From the NCBI GenBank assembly GCA_000934665.2, contig KZ538369.1, positions 57,398 through 77,397 on the forward strand: a DNA stretch of 20,000 nucleotides. The letters run 5' to 3'. This DNA is from Catajapyx aquilonaris (lineage: Eukaryota). The notes under the pieces were generated by a model, which was given only the letters and a program-made list of their open reading frames with translations, had not been told where the DNA came from and searched no databases. This document shows positions 1 to 9,698 of this stretch, piece after piece (the stretch's first letter is position 1; the number at the start of each line of letters is the position of its first letter). Made by a program: the position numbers and the translations under genes.

Positions 1-1397
1 AAAAATCCATCGCTGCGTGTATGTGCAGATGACCGTTTTCTCACCGTATCTCAACAGATCCGAGGTGTTCATCCGTACATTCAGGCCATCACGCACATGC
101 TTCAGTGCGAGTCGTACACGTAAATTCTTACAATGTGCGGTTATACTTTCTGGGGGGGAAATATTCATGTATTTTCTGAAGTTACTATCGGATGTTGCTT
201 ATTATTTAAAATATATTTAGCTCCCCTTTTTTACGAAACGTTGCTTTAGCGAGTTCTGGGAATCCAATAAAAACCGTTAGTTTTATAACCTGAAAATGCC
301 AGCTTTGCAGTTTCCGAAGCATGAGTAAAATAACATACGCCCTAAAAACGTCCGCTGCAGTTATTCTTTACCTAAAAAAACCTCAATTATTCCGAACAGC
401 CCGCAGTAATGTTATCCTGACCCGCATTTTTTTCATTTTTTAAAAAAGTGCCTGAACTATAAAATCCATAAACCCTAGTCTTTCAAAAATGAGTGCAGGC
501 GATGATGTGCGCTTGGCATCACATCCAAAGCAGCGGTCACATACTGCCAGCACCGAGTGGGGCGGAACAAAACAAGATTCATAACGGATTAGGATCAGCG
601 AACCCTTCCACAAGCTCATTACCACCTCACTTCATGGGCATATCATCAAGCGAAGATAATCCCGTCTAATATTGTTACGATGCTTTTAAAAGCGGGACAC
701 GTGTTCGGATTGCAAACTCCCCTTGTTGTGTGAAATCTGCTTTAATCTGACCAAAGCAGGGGCGCCATGACATTTTATATCTCGTTTCACCTGCCCGACC
801 CCAGAGGGGGCTTTGTGGGAAAATCTGCTGAAGAGATGGAAGTGATGTGCTTACCCAGAAAGAATTGGAAATGGGCCCCAGAATTGCGTTGTATTCACAC
901 ACACACAGTGAGAGAGGGAAGGGGGAAAAGAGGTAAGCAAAATCATTTACTGGAGTCTAATTCGGATCCGGTCTCTCTGGACCTAGCTCCCTCTAATCAA
1001 TATAAATCCTCTACGCTGTTTTCTGTAATCCCCATTAAGCCATTATCTACTATTCTCCAGGAAAACGTTCCTGAAAGCGGAAAATAGCACTTTCTTTGGC
1101 CATGTATCATTGGGATCAAAGAGCTTAAAACTACTTTACTTCTAATCCGTGATTAGTGAACAAGGGAATTGTCACAGTGACTTTTAAACGCATTGCAACC
1201 AAAATCCCCCTCCCCATCGCAACTGCTTGATGTAACAAGCACTCAATCTGGATCATATACTCCATGCACTTTCCAGCTGGGATAAACTGCCACTTCAAGG
1301 ATCAAGCAATATTGCCTTTCAATATGGGCGCTCCCCCAATCAATCTGGGGGGCGTCAACAGTGTCATTATCCACTTTGTAATAAGATACCCGAGGCG

Positions 1398-1405
1398 TGA
1401 CGTCA
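1398..1405. promoter_or_regulatory. Perfect CRE palindrome TGACGTCA (1 of 3)
   Basis: Exact motif match only. Function is untested. Confidence 0.4.
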
Positions 1406-1715
1406 TTCCAAAGCCACTTACAACGCGGCCCGATGATGTTGTTGACGCCCGGATGCCCTACATAAATATCGGAGCCGAGCGGTATTTTCATCTGAAGCAT
1501 CACAATGATGGCACCAGTCAATAAAAGTTTGCATGCACACGGGCAGAGCAAATATAAGTGACTTGAACATTCTATATTATATGCGGATCTGCACTGAGCA
1601 CCTATGGTTATCCGGCGGTGCACTAGGAGCAATCGATCCAGAGCTGCAGCTGCCACCTGCGACAGCTCCGGGAGAAAAGAACCAAAGTCTATTAGTGCGA
1701 AAAAGATAGAAAAGA

Positions 1716-1737
1716 CGAGAGAGAGACTGAGAGAGAG
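1716..1737 (+). repeat. Interrupted (GA)n tract
   Basis: GAGAGAGAGACTGAGAGAGAG read directly. A CCAAT-like AGCCAATAG follows about 30 bp downstream. Confidence 0.8.
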
Positions 1738-2215
1738 TGGTGAGGGAATGGCGAAGTTGCAGAGGGAGCCAATAGCCTCCCGCGATCATTGTCCTCGACA
1801 CAAAAGTCAGAATTTACTGTCTGTTCCGTCCCTCTACGTGTCGGAGCAATAATGTCGAAGAATGGTGCTGCAGTGGGAAGCAGACTGCACGGAGGGTTGC
1901 AGGTGTCAGATGCACCAGCTTGCAGGAGAATCAGGAGATGCAACTTTGTAGTCGTCGACTAATATTTTTCCTCGCATCAACGTATATGTATGATATTACC
2001 ATAGTATCTACGAAGAGAATATCTTGCTGCCTCTCCCAAAACACGTCCCATGTCATCGAGGACCGGCTACAAATAATCGCTTCAGGCCCTCAAAATCAAT
2101 TCATCCCCTTTGCTGCTCTCACTGCTGGAGATTCTGGTCGCATGAACATTTCCAATTAACAGTGTTCAGCCCTGCAACAAACTCGCCACACTTTTTGCCA
2201 CCGCCAAGATTTTTC

Positions 2216-2233
2216 CTCTCTCTCTCTCTCTCT
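2216..2233 (+). repeat. (CT)n microsatellite
   Basis: Read directly. It also forms a polypyrimidine tract before CCAG at 2241-2244. Confidence 0.9.
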
Positions 2234-2402
2234 TTCTGCACCAGACCAACACTCTCGGTGAAATACGCTGAGTTGACAGGTACAAACTCGCAGTTTTAAG
2301 TTGTATAATTATTTTTCCTGCAAGCTTTTTTTTCTGGCGCAATTTACACTTTTCAAACAAACAAAAAATCCAGCTTTGTGTGTCAGTTTTCTAAACTGGA
2401 TA

Positions 2403-2546
2403 CAGTAAAGCCTGTGGTACACCGCTACTAAAAACTTGTGGCGGTTATTATACAATCCTTTTAGAGAATTCGTGTGGCCCTGATGTCGTTCGCTTAATTG
2501 CTGCAGCTATACAATCAGATCATATAATGCACTGTAGGTTACACTG
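2403..2546. mobile_element. Possible highly decayed pogo-like MITE remnant
   Basis: It starts TA|CAGTAAAGCCTGT and has an internal inverted repeat ACCGCTAC/GTGGCGGT (2421-2445). A possible opposite end AGGTTACACTG (2536-2546) matches the left end at 8/11. There is no right-hand TA. Confidence 0.25.
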
Positions 2547-3650
2547 CTAAGCAACATGGGAAGTCTGCTGTTAGCAGTAACATGGCAGTAACTCATGCGT
2601 TTAGTTATCATGAAAATATATATTTTTTTAATTTTCTATACCCCGATGGGCAGCTCATGAAATTATAGTAAATTCCTACTCCAACAGTCGGTAGAACTGG
2701 TCAGTATTCTACAACTCTGCAATCACTACATGATACTGGAATGATATAAAATGTCACTGTACAATGTGACTCCTTTTGCAACACTGTCTCAATCAATAAT
2801 CCTTTTCCTCCACATACCAGTACAGTTCCTAATCCAATTCTAGACGCCCTGCATCAAGCAAGCGGCATTTCATTCCCTGTTGTTCGGCTACAAAGACGAG
2901 TTGAGTACAAAAGCCTTCTGGAGAATTACATCTCGGAGTATAAACCCGTTTATACTGTGCCGTACATTATTTATTATTTTACTTGAATAGTATGCGACTG
3001 CACTGTAAGGCTACCTGGCAAATGCTGCCTCAACCAATGTCGGTTTATAGCGAGTGCACACTGCAATTTAATGCACACCATGGCTGTTGGAACTCTGAAT
3101 TGGCTTTGACCACGCTAGTAATGAAAAGGACACGAAAAATACCATCTTTCTCCCTCTTTCAAAAGGTAATTGGGGCTGTTCCGTCGCCAAACACGAAACC
3201 AGAAAAATGTGTATTTGAGCAAAAGAATGATGATTATGTTATGTATTGTTAGGTGTTGCTTTGGCAGTCCATTTTCAATGAGGATGGGCTACAGCAACAC
3301 TACAGTACACTTTAATTGGTAACAACTGCAACTGTGTCGTTGTCTTTTTAAAGGGAAAACATCGAGAAACATTTATTGAAAAGACAGTACACTCATGGTT
3401 ACACCTGCTTCATGTTGCTCCACAAGTGCTGGCAGAATGTGCAAATGTTTTAAACACCAATGTTTCTTTACACTGCGCCCTTTTGCTTGACACATCGTTC
3501 CCCATCGTGTGAGTTAGCCGGTGGCCAATGTAAAGAGAGCATCTCCATAATAGGGCTCGGATCAAACGGCAATGTCAGCTCGGGGTCCTTTATAATCGCC
3601 AGCACACGAAACGATGACATGTCAACAAGTGCAGGCTTGGCTTTCTATAG

Positions 3651-3687
3651 CCTATATAGGCCTCCTGCTGGACTTGATGAGTCAGCA
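3651..3687. promoter_or_regulatory. CArG box next to a CNC/small-Maf (NF-E2/ARE) and AP-1 site
   Basis: CCTATATAGG (3651-3660) fits CC(A/T)6GG. ATGAGTCAGCA (3677-3687) is the reverse complement of TGCTGACTCAT. Confidence 0.35.
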
Positions 3688-5795
3688 GCAACCAAAAGAG
3701 CGCTTCTTCAAAGTCCCAAAGTGCACTGTCAGTTGTTCGGAGGAGCAGTATTTCACCACGCCCTTCAAAGAATGGGAACAATTCATTGATTCCCCCCCCA
3801 CTTCTAACTCCCATTCCCAGCACTTTTACAGGTAATAAACCCTGTCATAGCCGCAATCTACTTTGTTTTTCCGCCCCTACCCCCCTCTCTATCCCTCCCC
3901 TGCAAACTCACAAATGAAATTACATCTCTGAAAAGAGGTCACGAACAGAGGGGGGCTCCCTTATACTTTATGTCTCGAAAATGAGGTCCGAACCGTTTGT
4001 TATGACTAGCATGTTAACTCCCACTTTATCAGCATGAAATCACGTTTATGTCACACACTATACTTGTAATTCTTTCCCTCGTCCGTGCTCTTTGAAGTGT
4101 ATGGACGCCGGATCAAGACAGAACAAAAATGGGAGTGGATTTAGGTAGAATCTCAGCATAACAGAGACCCTGTTTTTGTTCAGATTCCAACCCTGCTTGG
4201 CCCCTTCTTAGCCTATAAAATCCAAGTCTCTGTCCGATGATAACGCTCCTCCAGTATGAATGCTGATCGCGAATTGATGGACAATATAAAGTAAGTGCCT
4301 CCATAAATTGCACAGAGCTAGGAAATGGACTTTTATAAATCCCTCCCCACCCCTCCCCACCTCTCTTCTACCACCCCAGCCATGCCATTTTTTTTCTTCT
4401 TCTCTCGTCTCTATCCACCCTTCCTTTGAAAAAGTCGGCTAGAATTCGTTTCAAACTACTCCGGCAAAATCGTTTAGATGGGGCTCTATCTTTTCGGTCT
4501 CCTTTTGTTGCTGACTCTTGACAGACGGAGTAAATACGAGACATACGACTGAACTTTGTCATTGTGATTTGATTTCGAATAGTATTTACCCGAATTTATG
4601 GCAGATGAGTCCTCTACTCTGTTTTATTACCGCCGCATAAGAACATATCAAAGTCGTACAACAATGGCAGTCGTTTAAGATAAACATAGGCTAGTAATTT
4701 GGAATATATATTATAACATTATATTACATGTTTCCTTCTCACTAAATCAAAAATTATCATGGTATGCACGAACAAAATCTTTTGAGCGGGAAGAGTAAAT
4801 TGCGTTCCGCCTTACCAATCAAACTTAAATTCGAGCTCTCCCTTCCTCAGAGCAGTTTTTACGTTTGGTTTGAAGCACAAAACTTCACCCGGCCCTTTTT
4901 TTTTACTTCTTCTTCTGGCCAAGGGAAAAACTTTCAAGAAAGTCTTGATCGCACCATATTTCTCTCTCAGACATCTGAAACCGTCGCCTCAGAAGTTGTG
5001 AGAAGTTGCCTTTAATACTCATGCCTATATAGGCCCTTAAAAACGCCATGAAAAGCAACTTTGATGCCAGAATTTTTGTTACAACAAGTCAGTACAATAT
5101 TTAACACTTGTTTTTGCAACACATAATGTGCAGTAAGTCCTTGACCCATTGTGTACCGGCGAAATTCTCGTGCACCACCCTGAAAGATCCTATACTAGAA
5201 GATAGCAGCCATGAAAATTTTACCCGCTGCGGATAAAAGTGCAGGCTATTATGCGCACATGTCTTTATCACTCCATAATGAATATTTAAGAAAGACTCCC
5301 TAGCGTCTGATCCCCATTACTAAATCATGGTCGACGCTAATGGCACTTAACCAGTTGTTTTAAGCTCTGTATCACCGGTTAATCACCAGGCTCCCAGCAT
5401 TATCATAATGAAACCTAACCCTCCCTTCCTCCCCCCCCCCCTACACTACAACACTTTGGAAAACCGCCACCAACTCTGAAGATGTCCAAGTAGGGGATCC
5501 TACTCACCAGCCCTTATAAAACGCAAAGTCTGACACCCACTTCTTTCCAGGCCGCCATCATAGTAGTAAGAGGGTAGGATGCAGGTGACTCGTCTCCTAT
5601 CCAGCAGACACCCCCTTCCCCGTATATATCGGTTATCATCACAGGCCTCCTCGGAAAATCCTCCGAATTCTCCTCAGAGGGGGCTCAGGAAAGCTCCTCT
5701 AAATCGCCTCGGTGAAATTGGATAAATCATCCAGGCTTGTCCTTTCCTTCCAAGGGAACCCCAATGCACCAATTACACCTACCCGTCTTCTCCAG

Positions 5796-5877
5796 ACCAG
5801 CAAGACTCTCGTCACCCTGAGACGAATTAACCCTCCTCGAGGCGTCTTGGACCACTTGACTAATTCAGACCTACCAG
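5796..5877 (+). other. Candidate 82-nt spliceosomal exon
   Basis: Acceptor CCCGTCTTCTCCAG| at 5795 and a perfect-consensus donor CAG|GTAAGT at 5878. One frame is open (TSKTLVTLRRINPPRGVLDHLTNSDLP), but I do not recognise the peptide. Confidence 0.3.
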
Positions 5878-7012
5878 GTAAGTTTCGAAGAAGTAAAAAT
5901 AAACACTCTCTGCAAATTCTGGGAAGTCGAAGAAAAATACAGGGTTGTTCCTACCACGTATCAGTCTGCATCAGACGTAATAAAATTTTCTACCAGGACA
6001 AATGCAAAAATAACAAGATGCCATGTTCATTTACTCAAAAGGAGTTGAAATGTTTGACTGCTCTTCATATATTCCACAGGTTTTTCCCCTGTAACTTATA
6101 GCAAAGGTAGCCTTCCACCTCGACTTTGTTTCATCCAGGTATGACGCAACCCAACGAACACGCTTTGCTTAATGGCGCTGCTAAAAATTCACCAGTACTG
6201 GTACTCATGCACGACCAAATATAAAATTGTTCACTATAGGCCTACATAAACACCTAAGACGAATGATTGCTCCCAAGTATTTTTCCCTGGCATGAATAAT
6301 TCATTGGCTGGAACCGGTAGCCTGGATTGAGAGTGGTCAGCTGTGAAAGGTTTTTGGCAAGTTCCTTTTGGCATCGTCTGCTGGCTCACCCTTCATTCGG
6401 AATGGTCGCAACCCGACAAGGATCCTCCAGGTTAGGGATGGTTGGAAGGGGCGGTTGAGGGGGGCAAGGGAGGGGGTGAAAAGTATCCAAATCCCATAAT
6501 CAGTGCATGGAGACCTCCGGTCACCCGGGAGGACGCCCCTTATTCGGCCTGCTGAATATCATCGGACTTTCTGAGAGAGAGAGGAGGGAGAGGAGGGATG
6601 GAGGGAGGGGGGAGACTATCTATCTAGACTGGCAACTAGCCGAAACCATTCATCAGAAGCGACTTGGAGTAAACTCCGCCAAAGTTTGCCCGAGGTAAAT
6701 CACCGCTGTCGCCAAATGAGTTCCTATGATTAATGGCACAAAGAGTGCATAAGCGTGCAGAGTATCAGTCTATCTTCTCACTTCGCAGCCGAGGGGGCCA
6801 AAATTGCAGAACTAATTCGCCTCACTATACTGCTACTACTCCAATCCCCTCCCCACCCCTTTGCCTTTTCAGTTGCCACCGAGGCAGAGCAGGAATCGCA
6901 TTACCACCCACTCTAATCTGTCTTACTCCACAAAGGGGGAGGAAAGGAGAACCTGACTCTATCGAGGCTATAACGATAGCCAAGTAGATTTTGGTCGAGT
7001 CCCTTTCCGAGG

Positions 7013-7020
7013 TGACGTCA
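7013..7020. promoter_or_regulatory. Perfect CRE palindrome TGACGTCA (2 of 3)
   Basis: Exact motif match. It shares the flanks CCGAGG and TTC with the site at 1398. Confidence 0.4.
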
Positions 7021-9143
7021 TTCAGTGGCTATCACCAACGATTGCGCAGTGTCTTCTCAGGGGCAGAAAATGACAGATTTATGTTTTCGGAGGGGAGCAG
7101 AGTGTGAAGTTGACGCTAACGAAAAGCCTGTCTCGGGCAGAAGTGGTCATGAATCAGCACTGAAGAGATTATTAAGTCAAGTGGGGACTCTCGAGGAGAT
7201 ATATCAAACGCCTGGTGCTCAATAGATTTGCAAAGTCTTTTGGCACCTTTTGTAACACCCAGCGACATACTTTGTGGCCCCGGATTCCTCGCTGACAAGG
7301 GGCCATGCGTCATTTATTTGAGGATTCCCGGTAATAATAATTGTGGTGGTATAAGTAATAAGACGCCAATGAAAGACTTTATCACTGCCTCGTTAGCGGG
7401 GTTCGCTTCTGGACCGATCGTTTTCCGGCCCAACAATGAGGCCCCCCATTATGGAGTCAACAGTTCGGGTGGATGTGATTGCTAGACAAATTCGCGGCTT
7501 TGCAGTATGTCATTCCGGCCATCATAGTCAGAGTCATGCGGCTATCACTGGGGTTGAATTAGAGCCGAGGTTCAATACCTCACTCTGCTCTTGCAGGGAG
7601 GGGGTCACCACAACAGACCTTTTACAAAGCAATGAAATCATAACACAAAAGCGGATACCACAAATGTGGCGTTAGACTACTCCCACAGGATTCACTAGAA
7701 AGGTGTGCCTGTTTATGGCACAAACAGGGAAAATCATAGATGCAAAATGCAAATCATAAAGCATGAACGATTTCGGGGAGGCCTCCGCTTGGAGAGATAA
7801 ATTCATTTCCATTCTTACAATACGTGCTCTATACGACTTCTTTGTGTAGTTCTATCTAAAACAATTATTGTGCTACACAGATTTCTAAACGAGCAACAAT
7901 TTTTTTAAAGTCCCAGAAAAAATGCACAAATCCGGAAATCGGAATAAAGCTTCATGTTTTAGCTGCCTTCAATGGTGAAATATCCCTGACGTAGACAAGG
8001 GTTATTTATAGGGCAGAGAGGAAAGCATAATTTAAAATAATAATGTAAAATTATGTGGACGGAAAACGTAAATTTCTGGACCAAATGAAGCATTTTCTGA
8101 AGTACAAGTTAGTCAGCAATCGTAATAAATCCTTTCAAAATCAGGCAATGTTTCTACGTGTTTTTGGATCATTATATCCACTACAATGGTCTAATTGCGG
8201 TCAATTTTCCACCAGAAATTCCACGTAATTGTGTCAGGCGAGTAACACGCGATTGAGAGTGAAATTTGATGTTTTCCATACACTGCGCTCTCCTAACGTA
8301 CCGCAGTACAACCCCCCTTTTCCAATACCGGTCCAACCCTTAAAAAATCAAATGCTGAAGCCACAAAATCCGGATCCTAATAATTGTCCAATCAACTGTT
8401 GATTTTCATAGTAATGATTTTAATGAGCAGTGACGTTCATTCTAGACCAAATGATAACCAGATTAACACCGCTGGAAACAAGCGCGGTCAAAATTAAAGT
8501 TGATCACTCATCAGCTGTGATTGAGGCCTTTCAAACCTGTCGTAAGGTGTCCACTCATTTGCATGTTTGTCACAAAGTTGACACGAAACAATGCCAAACT
8601 AATGGACCAACAGAAATCGGTTGCGTCCCAGAATCAAATGAGAGTCGGAATTTGCACTAACAATTCTGTATTCTGCCCGGTTTTTTATGTGCAATGGCAG
8701 TGGAGACCACATGTTTTATTTAGTTGCTACCAAAACTAGCCATGCAAATGATGGTGCAAGAGCTTCATGTGTCTTATCTAGCCCATTCTTTCGTGAACAA
8801 TGATGAAAATTCCCCTGCTTCAGTCCCCAATTCTGAGATACCATCATAATTATCTCCCTCGTCGGCTTCCCATAAAACCAGTGGTTGAAAACTTCAAAAA
8901 TAGCCCAACAATGTAATCCAGGAAGTTATGCTGAAAAATAGGAAGTTTCATTCTGTCCTGAATGAAACTCACAAGTCAGTGTAAAAAGAACCAGTTATGA
9001 ACACCTCTCTGCACTTCCCAACTTTTTCCCTTGTGTGCCTCCTCATTCACTCCAAAAAAAATCGTTTGACAAGCAAGACGCATATGAAATCCTGGTCGAA
9101 TCAAGTGTCACGGGTCAAGAGTGCCCTCCAGAGCTCCTCTTAT

Positions 9144-9158
9144 TCTCTCTCTCTCTCT
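9144..9158 (+). repeat. (TC)n microsatellite
   Basis: Read directly. Confidence 0.9.
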
Positions 9159-9476
9159 ATTCTCCTGCTGCAGAAAAGGAGGCAGGGAAGTTGGCTCCCA
9201 AAGTGGCGCATTTGCCAGCAAGGAGAGAGTAATTCCCGGGGCTGTCCCATCGGAAGACAGGAGGCGACGTGGGACCCACCCAGGAACCTTGCTGATAGAT
9301 GGATTTGGAGGCAGAGAAAGTGGGGGGTGGATGCTGCTGGGTGGGTTTGTATATATGGTGCAGTCAGGAGAGGATTCAAGGGAGTAAGTCTCGGCTTGCT
9401 TTGCTTGCCTCCCTTTCTATTGAGCAAACCTACATTATACACTACTAGTCGTCGTCGTCTGCTGGGCCTCACCACC

Positions 9477-9698
9477 ATGCCGATTGGATTTTCCGCCAAG
9501 GGAAGGCGAACCTGCACCGATTGCACAACCGGAAGCTGCTGCTGCACCTCCTACAGCACCAGCAGCAGCCTCCAGATGCGTACTATGCATCTTTCACGCT
9601 CCCACGATCACACTCTGCATCGCTGCTTCATTCCGCTAAACTTAACCGCTCTTGCAACATTCTATTTCAGGTTTCAGGCTGAGAGCTGTCTGGGCTGA
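9477..9698 (+). CDS. Candidate 73-aa small ORF, unknown product
   Basis: ATG in Kozak-like ACCACCATG, about 125 nt downstream of TATATAT (9350-9356), in a GC-rich block. No recognisable homology. Confidence 0.15.
   Translation: MPIGFSAKGRRTCTDCTTGSCCCTSYSTSSSLQMRTMHLSRSHDHTLHRCFIPLNLTALATFYFRFQAESCLG

Noticed and set aside
8304..8323. CAGTACAACCCCCCTTTTCC resembling a Tigger/pogo terminal repeat
   Set aside because: It is not preceded by TA and no opposite terminus was found.
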